DNA from: Bacteroidota bacterium
Lineage (GTDB): Bacteria; Bacteroidota; Bacteroidia; Bacteroidales; UBA7332
Direction of reading: 5' to 3'
Assembly: GCA_030706585.1 (NCBI GenBank)
Contig: JAUZOF010000001.1
Coordinates: forward strand, 5,424 to 69,423
Length of the DNA stretch: 64,000 nucleotides
The notes beneath the pieces were generated by a model. It ran no database searches, was not told where the DNA came from, and saw only the letters and a list, made by a program, of their open reading frames with translations. Each line of letters opens with the position of its first letter. Position 1 is the first letter of the stretch. Shown piece after piece: positions 9,162 to 19,205 of this stretch. The translations under genes and the position numbers were made by a program.

Positions 9162-11339
9162 ATGAAATGCATTTTATTTATTGTCTCTTTGTTGTTTCTT
9201 GTTGGAAACCAGTCTTTTGCTAATTCGGTAAAAGAATTCTACGTAGCTAAAGATGGTAATTCCGGCAATACAGGAACAAAAGAGAGTCCATTCCTTACTT
9301 TGACTGACGCTCAAAAAGCCATCCAGGCTTATAAACAGATAGGCTCAAACAGTGGCACAAAGCAAGATGTCATTGTCTGGATTAGAGGTGGAATCTATGA
9401 ACTTACCGAAAGTTTCGAACTGACAAGCGAAGATACCGGGTCTGAATTGTGCCACATTTCCTATCGGGCTTATCCGGGAGAGAAAGTCACCATCATAGGT
9501 GGACGTTTGATTTCTCCTAAAGCCGTCCATAATGTTGCCGGTTTGAATGAAAAAAAACGGTTTGTAGACCAATTGGCTGTTGATAAAATAAAGGTCATCG
9601 ATTTAAAGGCTTTAGGTATTGTTGATTATGGTAAGAATCAAATAACGGGATTTCGTCGGCCTTATGTGAATGCAGCCATGGAACTTTTCATAAATGGGAA
9701 GCCTTTTCATTTGTCCCGGTATCCGAATAAAAATCAGATACGGATCAGAACGGATGATGTCATTGATCCTGGGATGGCTAATAATGACTTCCATCCGGGT
9801 AGCATTCGTTTTGACAAACAACGGCTTGCACTCTGGAATAAGGCACAGGATATTTTCACTTGCGGAAACTTTAAATATGCCTGGGCTAACGATCAGTTGA
9901 GGGTTAAAACGATTGATGCTAATACCGGAGAGGTAAAGTTTGCCGATGCACACATGTTTGGCATTTCCGGCGAACACGAATGGAATCAATACTATTTTTT
10001 CAATTTGATGGAGGAGCTCGATGAGTCAGGGGAATATTATATCGATCAACAAAAAGGGCTGCTTTATTTTTATCCGTTTGCGGAACTGAAGCCATCCGAT
10101 ACAATAATGGTTTCTCTTCTGGAGAAGCCGCTCATTGCCTTGAAAAGTGCCAGCTATACTGAATTTCGGAACATTTGTTTTGAAGCGGGTCGTGGCATCG
10201 GCATCTATATGGAAAATACGGTGTCCGATAAAATTGAAAACTGCACTATTCGGAATATGGGAGTAATGGGTGTTTGTATTGGAAAAGGCAGTAAGTCATC
10301 TCCAATATACCGTCATCCCGATGAAAAAAATCCATTTATGCCGGGAGAAAAAATATCTGGCGAGATCGGTAGTTTATATGACTATTTATACGAAAATTCC
10401 ATATTTGACAGGGATGGTGGCAAAAATAATGGGGTTGTTAATTGCTTGATTGAAAATACCGGATGCGGAGGCGTAAGTGTTGGTGGTGGTAACCGTGTGA
10501 AATTGGAAAAGGCTGGTAACTATTTGTATGATTGCGAGTTTTTCAATTGTGGACGACGGGATTATTCGTATAAATCGCCGGTGAACGTAGACGGAGTTGG
10601 CAATAGGATACAACATTGCCAGATCAATACCTGTCCGGCAACCGCTATCTATATTCACGGCAACGATCATATTGTTGAATACAACGTAATTGACGGTGCA
10701 TGTAAATTGATGGATGATCAGGGTGCGGTATATATAGGGCGTGATCCTTCAGAATATGGGAATGTGATACGGTATAATTTCTTGAAAAATATTGGTAATG
10801 AAGGTCTTACTATGGGAGTTTATTTTGATGACGGGGCATGTGGTACATCGCTTTACGGAAACATTTTTTACAAGGCGGGCACACGCTCTGTTTTGATTGG
10901 AGGAGGGCAGTACAATAAAGTGGAAAATAATATTTTCATTGCCTCCGAACTGGCTATACACATGGATAACAGGCTTGAAAACTGGGCAAAAAACTCATTG
11001 TTGCCAAACGGTATTTTCGAAATAAGAATGAAGGCGATGAACTTTCAAAAACCACCTTTTGCTGAGAGATACCCGGAGATGATTCATTATTTTGACAATG
11101 ATCCGGCTGTACCCAAACATAATGATATTAAAAACAATGTGTTTGTAGGGGTTAAACAGGTGCATAATGGCAAAAAAGAGTGGGGGGTGGTTTTGGATGA
11201 GAATTTGGTAACGGATCAGGATGTGGAATTTCAAAATGCAGATCAATTTGATTTTACACTGAAAAAACAGTCTGTGATTTTTCAAAAATTGCCTGATTTT
11301 AAGCCAATACCCTTTGAGAAGATCGGACGAATTCACTAA
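9162..11339 (+). CDS. Secreted right-handed beta-helix carbohydrate-active enzyme (GH141-like or lyase-like)
   Basis: Signal peptide from ATG 9162; YVAKDGN.GN.GTKESPF.TL, RGGIY, AYPGE, DQGAVY, GVYFDDG beta-helix coils. Confidence 0.75.
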   Translation: MKCILFIVSLLFLVGNQSFANSVKEFYVAKDGNSGNTGTKESPFLTLTDAQKAIQAYKQIGSNSGTKQDVIVWIRGGIYELTESFELTSEDTGSELCHISYRAYPGEKVTIIGGRLISPKAVHNVAGLNEKKRFVDQLAVDKIKVIDLKALGIVDYGKNQITGFRRPYVNAAMELFINGKPFHLSRYPNKNQIRIRTDDVIDPGMANNDFHPGSIRFDKQRLALWNKAQDIFTCGNFKYAWANDQLRVKTIDANTGEVKFADAHMFGISGEHEWNQYYFFNLMEELDESGEYYIDQQKGLLYFYPFAELKPSDTIMVSLLEKPLIALKSASYTEFRNICFEAGRGIGIYMENTVSDKIENCTIRNMGVMGVCIGKGSKSSPIYRHPDEKNPFMPGEKISGEIGSLYDYLYENSIFDRDGGKNNGVVNCLIENTGCGGVSVGGGNRVKLEKAGNYLYDCEFFNCGRRDYSYKSPVNVDGVGNRIQHCQINTCPATAIYIHGNDHIVEYNVIDGACKLMDDQGAVYIGRDPSEYGNVIRYNFLKNIGNEGLTMGVYFDDGACGTSLYGNIFYKAGTRSVLIGGGQYNKVENNIFIASELAIHMDNRLENWAKNSLLPNGIFEIRMKAMNFQKPPFAERYPEMIHYFDNDPAVPKHNDIKNNVFVGVKQVHNGKKEWGVVLDENLVTDQDVEFQNADQFDFTLKKQSVIFQKLPDFKPIPFEKIGRIH

Positions 11340-11398
11340 CGGAACGTCTATTTTGGATGTGTCTCTGTTTTATTTCTGTCATTAAACATCAACAAACT

Positions 11399-13180
11399 AT
11401 GAAGCGATTTTTTTATTTAACGATTTTATTTTTTATCAGCATACTAATCTTTGCCGGAAATAAGACAAAGGCCGTGAAGCAAGCATCTTATGAGGCAAGA
11501 GTTGCTACAATTTCTCCACTTTCATTGGCCGATACTACATGGAAATCACTTACTCTTCGACAGAAAATTGGGCAACTGATGCTGATGCTTCCCGATCGCC
11601 AAAAGGAACTGGAATTGGGAAATGGTTCTTTGTCCGCTTTTTTTTCGAAATATCCGGTAACCGGATTTTTTATGGGGTGGAAACTTTGGGATGGAGTTGA
11701 TCGTGACCAGTATCTTAATCATATCAGAAAAACCTGTGCCGAATATCAGCAGGCCAGTTCTCTGCCTTTGCTTTTTCAGGAAGATTATGAAAGCGGGGTT
11801 ACTTTGCCCGGAATGACTTCTTTTCCGAATGAAATGGCTTTGGGAGCTGCCAATTCTTCCAATCTGGCCTATCAGTATGGAAAAACTGTCGCCCAGGAAA
11901 GTCGCTCGGTCGGTGTGAAATGGGTGCTGCATCCGGTAGCCGATTTGAATATAAATCCGTTTAATCCAGTGACTAATACCCGAAGCATTTCGGATGATCC
12001 GGACAGAGCCATACGTTTGTTAAGCCGACAAATCAAAGGATTGCAGGACAATGGGGTGGCTGCAACTATCAAACATTTTCCGGGTGATGGTGTGGATTTT
12101 CGTGATCAGCATTTATTGACTACCTGTAATTCTATGCCTTTTGATGTCTGGGAAAAATATCATGGAAGAGTTTTTAAGGCGTTGATTGATAGTGGTGTGA
12201 AAACGATAATGCCCGGACATATCTGTTTGCCATCGTATCAAAAAGAAACAATGAATGGTCATTATCTGCCAGCCACATTGTCCAAAGAACTGCTGACTAA
12301 TTTGTTGAAAGGAGAACTGGGATTCAAAGGCGTTGTAGTTTCGGATGCTATGGTGATGGGAGGATTTCGTGGGTGGTATGATAGCCAGTTGGAGGGCGAA
12401 ATTCATAGTTTTATGGCAGGTGTAGATGTTTTATTGTGGCCGTCATATCAGTTTATGGACACACTCGAAGCCCGTATCATACGTAAGGAAATACCGGAAT
12501 CACGACTGAATGATGCTGTTAGTCGCGTATGGAACCTTAAGAAAAGCCTCGGTTTAATGGATAAAAACCGGCAGTTAATTGAAGCGATGACACCGGAAGA
12601 AAAATCGAATGCACAATCCGTTTCGGATGCGATTTGCGAAAAGGCGATTACACTGGTTCGAGACCGGAGCCAGGCACTTCCTTTGGATCCGAAAAAAGAT
12701 AAGAAAATCCTGTTAGTCGGGGTTACACCGGTTAGCCGTAAAGGCGGAGATTCGTCCCTGAAGAAGATGGAAGGATTTGGAGAGCTGTTACGCTCTAAAG
12801 GTTTCGTTGTTGATTTTCAACATGATCTGTTATATGAAACACAGGGATGGACAGAATCGGTGTCAAAACAATACGATCGCATATTGTTTTTGGTTGACAG
12901 GCACATGCACGCACCGTATGGCCCGCTGGAGTTGTGGGACGATGAGGCTCAAACTGTGTGGGGCATCAATGCTATGCCGAAAGAAAAGCTAATTGTTATA
13001 TCATTAGGAAGCCCGTATTCCATTCCTGAATATTTTGAACGGGTCAATACCTGCATTAATGCTTACTCAAATACAACCGTGATGCATAAGGCCTTAGTAA
13101 AGGCGTTGATCGGAGAGATTCCGATGAAGGGTGATTCTCCGGTTAATCTGGATGTTCAAAGCAAATTTAAATTATTTTGA
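11399..13180 (+). CDS. GH3 glycosidase, Nag3/BglP-like subgroup (beta-glucosidase or N-acetylglucosaminidase)
   Basis: LTLRQKIGQL, DYESG, KHFPGDGVDFRDQH, GFKGVVVSDAM; signal peptide. Confidence 0.9.
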   Translation: MKRFFYLTILFFISILIFAGNKTKAVKQASYEARVATISPLSLADTTWKSLTLRQKIGQLMLMLPDRQKELELGNGSLSAFFSKYPVTGFFMGWKLWDGVDRDQYLNHIRKTCAEYQQASSLPLLFQEDYESGVTLPGMTSFPNEMALGAANSSNLAYQYGKTVAQESRSVGVKWVLHPVADLNINPFNPVTNTRSISDDPDRAIRLLSRQIKGLQDNGVAATIKHFPGDGVDFRDQHLLTTCNSMPFDVWEKYHGRVFKALIDSGVKTIMPGHICLPSYQKETMNGHYLPATLSKELLTNLLKGELGFKGVVVSDAMVMGGFRGWYDSQLEGEIHSFMAGVDVLLWPSYQFMDTLEARIIRKEIPESRLNDAVSRVWNLKKSLGLMDKNRQLIEAMTPEEKSNAQSVSDAICEKAITLVRDRSQALPLDPKKDKKILLVGVTPVSRKGGDSSLKKMEGFGELLRSKGFVVDFQHDLLYETQGWTESVSKQYDRILFLVDRHMHAPYGPLELWDDEAQTVWGINAMPKEKLIVISLGSPYSIPEYFERVNTCINAYSNTTVMHKALVKALIGEIPMKGDSPVNLDVQSKFKLF

Positions 13181-13523
13181 TTGAAAAATAGAATATTGAT
13201 TAAAGTGTTAGTTTGATTATGTTCGGTATTTGAGAATAAACAAATTTGTTTTATTGAAGAAGGTTGTAGAACAGGCTAATATGTGATATTCTCATTCTAA
13301 CTTTCCAAACTATACGCCTGATAGGAAGATTCTGAAATTATATGGGGAGACAAATGTTAAACTTAATATAATCAGTAGCATGACTGGTGTTGTGTCTTGA
13401 TTTTTTATTCTCAAAATTTTGCTTTTTATTATAGGATGTGCAGCAGTGAGATAAGATTATAATAAGAATAGTTTGGCATTCATTTGTTATGATATTTATT
13501 TTAAATATATGGCAGGTTATTTA

Positions 13524-14993
13524 ATGCGTAATTTCAAATTATTATTTGGGGTAATTATATACAGTCTGTTGTTAAACAGTAATATAATCGCTCAAGATAC
13601 GGCAAATACCGCAGGTCATTCAAAGCGGATAACCATTATGGGGTTGGGAGATTCAATCACCGAAGGAGGCGAGGAGTTTCATTCCTATTTGTTCCCTCTG
13701 TGGGAGCATCTTTTTGCTGCTGGATACCGGATCGAGTTTATCGGTCCGCGAAGTAGTAAATGTCGCATTGGAACGTTGAATCATTGCGGATTTAGCGGAA
13801 TGACAGCTGAATTTCTGGATGCTCATATCGACAGTATTTATCGAAAATATCCGGCAACCCTGGTTTTGCTTCATTCCGGGCACAATCATTTTGATACAGA
13901 AAAGCCAGTAGATGGAATTATAGCAGCACAACAGTCTATAATCAGGAAAATACAGGCAATTAATCCGAAGGTAAAAATCTTGGTGGCCGAAGTAATAGAA
14001 AGCGGTAAATTACCCAAATACTCGTATATCCCGGAATTAAATAAACGCATTGCAAGCATGGTTCAAAACATGCATAATCCAAACGTGGTTTTGGTAGATC
14101 AATCCAAAGGATTTGACTGGACTCAGTATACCATTAAGGATAAAGTGCATCCAAATCCGGTTGGGGCTGATCGTATGGCAACAGCCTGGTTTGATGCGCT
14201 AAAACAAATTCTGCCTAAACCGGGACAATCTTTTCATCCGGAGATTGTTAGCTATAAAAAGACAGCTCAAAGAGATCTGAGTCTTCATATTTTCAGGCCA
14301 GGAAAGATAAAGAAAGGAAAGAAAAGACCAGCAATCGTTTACTTTTTCGGAGGAGGCTGGTCGGTTGGAACTCCATTGCAATTTTATCGCGAATGTGCTT
14401 ATTACGCTTCAAAAGGAATGGTTGCAATTGCATCCGATTACCGGATTGCTAACCTGGATCATTCTACTCCATTCGAAAGCGTGGAAGATGCCAAAGATGC
14501 TATCCGTTGGATTCGCCGGAATGCCGGGAAATGGAATATCGATCCCGATCGGATTGTAGTAGCAGGCTCATCGGCTGGCGGACACCTTGCGGCAGCCACT
14601 GGTACGTTAAAAGAATTTGAAACTAAGCAGGACTCATTCAGCTGTAAACCAAATTTGCTGGTGCTTTACTATCCTGTAATTGACAACAGCGAAAACGGCT
14701 ATGGATTTGATCTGGTGAAAGCAAGATATAAGGAACTATCTCCGTTGCACAATATCGATCATACGACACCGCCGGCACTGTTTATTCTTGGAACCAAAGA
14801 TTCACTGATCCCGGTAAAAACAGCCGAAACGTTTCGGTTGCACATGGAGGAAAATGGCGTTGATTGTGAGTTGCATATGATTGAAGGGGCCGGACATCCT
14901 ATCTTTAATTATGCACAAGAACTGTCTCCTGTTTTTTATACCATTAAAACCCTGACAGATGATTTTCTGAGGAAATATGGTTATTTGAAGTGA
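13524..14993 (+). CDS. Two-domain esterase: SGNH/GDSL domain plus alpha/beta hydrolase
   Basis: GDSIT and DKVHPN in the N-half; FGGGW, GSSAGG, D and GH triad in the C-half. Start could be 13509. Confidence 0.85.
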   Translation: MRNFKLLFGVIIYSLLLNSNIIAQDTANTAGHSKRITIMGLGDSITEGGEEFHSYLFPLWEHLFAAGYRIEFIGPRSSKCRIGTLNHCGFSGMTAEFLDAHIDSIYRKYPATLVLLHSGHNHFDTEKPVDGIIAAQQSIIRKIQAINPKVKILVAEVIESGKLPKYSYIPELNKRIASMVQNMHNPNVVLVDQSKGFDWTQYTIKDKVHPNPVGADRMATAWFDALKQILPKPGQSFHPEIVSYKKTAQRDLSLHIFRPGKIKKGKKRPAIVYFFGGGWSVGTPLQFYRECAYYASKGMVAIASDYRIANLDHSTPFESVEDAKDAIRWIRRNAGKWNIDPDRIVVAGSSAGGHLAAATGTLKEFETKQDSFSCKPNLLVLYYPVIDNSENGYGFDLVKARYKELSPLHNIDHTTPPALFILGTKDSLIPVKTAETFRLHMEENGVDCELHMIEGAGHPIFNYAQELSPVFYTIKTLTDDFLRKYGYLK

Positions 14994-15661
14994 AAAACGA
15001 ATTATTTAAGAGGGTGTAATCCTAGTGGAGTCCATCCTTATAATGAAAGGGGACCCAAGATTTATCATGGAGTATTTAAATGTTTATTTTTTAAAATAAT
15101 AGTAAGTAGTTATGCGAAGGCGAATCTCCATGTTTTTTCATGTCCGATTGGTAAAGATTGTATTGTTAATAATAGGATAATAGATTTAGATCAGCATCGG
15201 CTAGGAAAAGAATGGGAAAGAGTTTCTCTACAAAACAATAAGTTGTGTCCGGATTTTAAAGAGTAACTGATTGTGTTTTTTTAGTTTTCTGAATGACAAT
15301 GACTTTTGGTTTAATTGAACCAAATTCGGGCTGGATTGAGATAACTGTGGATAATAATGTGGCAGAAAAGCTTAGTCTTTGATTCGTGCTATAATTATTG
15401 AAGGTTATAGTATTTTGTTGTTGATCCACTTAAAAATATACGATTCCTAATCTTTCTGCCAGAATATTGTCTGAGACGTTTGGCAAAGTTGCTATTCGCT
15501 TAAAATTGGAGAACTCAATGAAAGACTCTGTGAATTATAAAGATTATTACGAAAATTCTCATTGATGGCGTTGAATCTAAAAAGTTTTTCATCCCTAATG
15601 GCTGAACCTAATTGGGCTAAAATATTTGTTTATTTGAATATTATTACTCAGACTGCATTTT

Positions 15662-15896
15662 GAAGCCATCTTGACTTTTGGCTGAATATGCCTAAAAGGG
15701 CATTATTTGTTAAATTTCAATTACCGACCCCTCTCGCGACGACTTCGTGTCGGAGTCAGACATTTATCGTCTGACCTAACCTCCCCAAAATGGGGAGGAA
15801 TTCGCCCTTAAAATGAGGAAATTTTGTTCATTTTACAAGGTTACAGCCTCCATTTTGGGGGTTGGGGGTCAAAAAATAAAAAGTCAAGATGACTTC
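15662..15896. mobile_element. MITE/REP-like non-coding element with 18-bp terminal inverted repeats
   Basis: GAAGCCATCTTGACTTTT ... AAAAGTCAAGATGACTTC (17/18 match) with internal GC-rich palindromes. Confidence 0.65.
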
Positions 15897-15928
15897 TTTT
15901 TATAAAATTGATTTATAACTCGTTTCGT

Positions 15929-17314
15929 ATGAAAAAATTATTATTTGTTTCTTCGTTTTTGTTGATTGCTCTGCAAAGTGTTAATGCTCAAGCATTGTAT
16001 AAATCCACATGGGAATCGATTGACAGTCGTCCCGTTCCCGCCTGGTTTTCCGAAGCCAAGTTCGGAATTTTTATTCACTGGGGATTGTACTCCGTACCTG
16101 CGTGGGCGCCGACAAAAGGTAAGGTGTACGAAAAGTATGCCGAATGGTACTGGGCTCGACAAAACCCTGCCGATAAACCTTCTGCAGCATTTACAGACTT
16201 TCATAACAAAATTTACGGTGCAAAAACCGAATATCCTGATTTTGTTAGCGAATTTAAGGCCGAGATGTTTGATCCGGCAAAATGGGCGGAGATATTCAAG
16301 CAATCGGGTGCAAAGTACATCGTGCTAACCACCAAACATCATGACGGATTTGCACTGTGGCCATCGGAACAAGCCTGGAACTGGAACTCGGTAGATGTAG
16401 GTCCTCACCGTGATTTGGCGGGTGATTTGACGACTGCTGTTAAAGCGAGCGGATTACACATGGGCTTTTACTATTCGCTGTATGAATGGTATAATCCTCT
16501 GTATAAAAAAGATCTGCCGAAATATGTGTCCGATCATATGATTCCTCAAATGAAAGACTTGGTGAACCGTTATCATCCGGATATGTTGTGGACGGACGGA
16601 GAATGGGAAATTACAAGCGATCAGTGGAAAAGCACCGAGTTTCTGTCTTGGTTATATAACGACTCGCCAGTCAAAGAATCCATAGTGGTTAATGATCGTT
16701 GGGGAAAGGATACACGGGGAAAGCACGGAGGTTTTTATACCACAGAGTACGATATCGATGGTGATCAGGCCGTAAAGAGAGAAAAAAGTGGTCGCCCCTG
16801 GGAAGAATGCCGGGGTATCGGAGGATCATTTGGTTATAACCGGAATGAATATCTGGAAGATTATGAAACCTCAGAGTCACTGATTCGTATTTTGGTCGAT
16901 AAAGTCTCCAAAGGAGGTAATTTGCTTCTTAATGTAGGACCTACAGCAGATGGAAGAATTCCGGTCATTATGCAACAACGGTTGAAAGACGTCGGGGATT
17001 GGCTGGCAATTAACGGCGAAGCAATTTATGGAACTCAAGCTTGGAAACATTCAACGAAGTCCAAAAAAGATCCGAACATGTTCTTTACCACGAAAGGCAA
17101 TGATTTATATGTGATTGTTACGAAATGGCAGGATATTCCAATGACAATTAAGGATGTGCCTCACGTTAATGCAGTTACATTGTTAGGGTTTAAGGGGAAA
17201 ATAAAATATTCGTCGGTCAATAATCAATTAACCATTACGCCTCCTGTGGTTTCTCCATCTGATAATTTGAGCAGATATGCATGGGTGTTCAAGATTGATG
17301 GAGGTGCGATTTGA
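15929..17314 (+). CDS. GH29 alpha-L-fucosidase
   Basis: AKFGIFIHWG, AEWY, TTKHHDGF, LWTDG, VNDRW, GGNLLLNVGP. Confidence 0.95.
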   Translation: MKKLLFVSSFLLIALQSVNAQALYKSTWESIDSRPVPAWFSEAKFGIFIHWGLYSVPAWAPTKGKVYEKYAEWYWARQNPADKPSAAFTDFHNKIYGAKTEYPDFVSEFKAEMFDPAKWAEIFKQSGAKYIVLTTKHHDGFALWPSEQAWNWNSVDVGPHRDLAGDLTTAVKASGLHMGFYYSLYEWYNPLYKKDLPKYVSDHMIPQMKDLVNRYHPDMLWTDGEWEITSDQWKSTEFLSWLYNDSPVKESIVVNDRWGKDTRGKHGGFYTTEYDIDGDQAVKREKSGRPWEECRGIGGSFGYNRNEYLEDYETSESLIRILVDKVSKGGNLLLNVGPTADGRIPVIMQQRLKDVGDWLAINGEAIYGTQAWKHSTKSKKDPNMFFTTKGNDLYVIVTKWQDIPMTIKDVPHVNAVTLLGFKGKIKYSSVNNQLTITPPVVSPSDNLSRYAWVFKIDGGAI

Positions 17315-17362
17315 TTAAATTATGAAAAAGATGAATTTGGTAATTGTTTGAAAATTAAATGT

Positions 17363-19201
17363 ATGAAGTTAAAATATGTTGTCTCTTTACTGATACTGCT
17401 TATGCTGGTTATAAGTCAGAAAAGTGTTGCTATAACGTTGAAGAGCCCTGGAGGAAAGATTGAGGCTAAGGTAGATATTTCTAACAAACTGTTGAAATTG
17501 GCTGTTGTGCAAAACGATACGAAAGTGCTGTCAGATTGTTCTCTAGGGTTGGTTCTGGATAATATTAATATTGGACGAGATGTTTCCATGACCGGTAAAG
17601 TGGCAGAAAAGACGATCCATGAAGAGTATTCTCAGTTTGGAAATCATAGCACTGCGGTTAATTATTGCCGAGAAATGATACTGCCATTCAAGTCTCACAA
17701 TATCAGTTATCAGTTATTTGTAAGGGCTTATGATGATGGTGTAGCCGTGAAATATGTTATTCCTAATGCAAAGGATAAGGTTGTAAATAGTGATGGTACT
17801 ACTTTTCCGATACAAGCGTCTGCGCAATGTTTTTGGGCTCCATATGCTGATAGTAATGAGGAATTACATACGGTTTCTTCTTTTAGCGGAATTCGCGAAA
17901 ATCAGGCCATAGTGGCTCCGTTTACCGTCCGAACCAGCAACTCTTATATGGTATTTAGTGAAGCCGGTTGTGTCGATTTTCCAGATATGAGCTGGGTGAA
18001 GCAGAATGGAGCTGTCAAGGCAAATTTTACAACCAATTTGCAGGGGTGGAAAAATCAGAAGAATTCAATTGTCTCGCCCTGGAGATGTGTTATTCTGGTT
18101 GATAATCTCAATGATTTAGTTAATACTGATTTAATCTCTAATTTGTGTAAAGCTCCTGAATCTCAAACCGATTTTAGCTGGGTAAAACCCGGACGTGTTT
18201 TATGGCAATGGTGGAGCGTGGGAGCTCCAAAATTCGAAGACCAAAAATTGTGGTTCGATGCGGCAGCACGCCTTACCTGGGAGTATTATTTAATTGATGA
18301 TGGATGGCGCGACTGGAGACAACCTGGTAAAGATCAGTGGCAATGTCTGAAAGAAGTTATAGACTACGGGAATTCAGTCGGAGTAAAAAGTATCGTGTGG
18401 GTAGATTCAAAAGAGATGCGCGATGTAGAGAGCCTGCGTACTTATCTGACAAAGGTGAAACAGGTAGGGGCAAAAGGGATTAAAATTGATTTTATTCCGC
18501 CGGCAACACCCGAAATAATGCAGTGGTATGAAATGGCACGTGAAGAAACGTATAAGCTCCAACTAATGTGTGATTTTCATGGTTGTATCAAACCAACTGG
18601 CTTGCGCAGAACCTGGCCCCACGAAATGACCCGAGAAGGTGTGCGGGGCAATGAGTATCAGATGACTCGCTATGACCGTCTCATGCCCTTGGATCAGGAT
18701 GAAATTATGCCGTTTACCCGTTTTATTGCCGGACCGGCCGATTTTACTCCGGTTATATTCGATGCCAAAGAGCTTCGGGGTTATACCTGGGCACATGAGC
18801 TGGCTCAGGCTGTGATATATAATTCGCCATTAACCCATTTTGCTGACGATTATCGCAATTATCTGGATAACCCGGCTGAAGATGTTTTGAGGGATATACC
18901 CGTTGTGTGGGAGGAAACGATAGTGCTACCTTGCTCTGAAATAGGAGCGGTGGCTGCTTTTGCCAAAAGAAAAGGGAATGAGTGGTGGATTGGTGTTATG
19001 AATGGTAAAAAACCGACAACGATTTCATTTGCATTGAATTTTATTAAGAAAAAAGCATCTGCACTTGTTTTGTCTGATAATAAGAATAATGTACCGAATG
19101 CTTTTGTTCGCGAGGAGAAAGAAGTCCGCAATGGCGATGTGGTCACTATACATTTACGACCGGGCGGAGGTTACATTATGCGACTGAAAAACCTGCAATA
19201 G
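17363..19201 (+). CDS. GH97 glycosidase, retaining-type KIDF motif (alpha-galactosidase-like)
   Basis: SWVKPG, YYLIDDGW, GIKIDF, DFHG..KPTGL.RTWP, EGVRGNE, GPADFTP. Confidence 0.9.
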   Translation: MKLKYVVSLLILLMLVISQKSVAITLKSPGGKIEAKVDISNKLLKLAVVQNDTKVLSDCSLGLVLDNINIGRDVSMTGKVAEKTIHEEYSQFGNHSTAVNYCREMILPFKSHNISYQLFVRAYDDGVAVKYVIPNAKDKVVNSDGTTFPIQASAQCFWAPYADSNEELHTVSSFSGIRENQAIVAPFTVRTSNSYMVFSEAGCVDFPDMSWVKQNGAVKANFTTNLQGWKNQKNSIVSPWRCVILVDNLNDLVNTDLISNLCKAPESQTDFSWVKPGRVLWQWWSVGAPKFEDQKLWFDAAARLTWEYYLIDDGWRDWRQPGKDQWQCLKEVIDYGNSVGVKSIVWVDSKEMRDVESLRTYLTKVKQVGAKGIKIDFIPPATPEIMQWYEMAREETYKLQLMCDFHGCIKPTGLRRTWPHEMTREGVRGNEYQMTRYDRLMPLDQDEIMPFTRFIAGPADFTPVIFDAKELRGYTWAHELAQAVIYNSPLTHFADDYRNYLDNPAEDVLRDIPVVWEETIVLPCSEIGAVAAFAKRKGNEWWIGVMNGKKPTTISFALNFIKKKASALVLSDNKNNVPNAFVREEKEVRNGDVVTIHLRPGGGYIMRLKNLQ

Positions 19202-19205
19202 GAAG

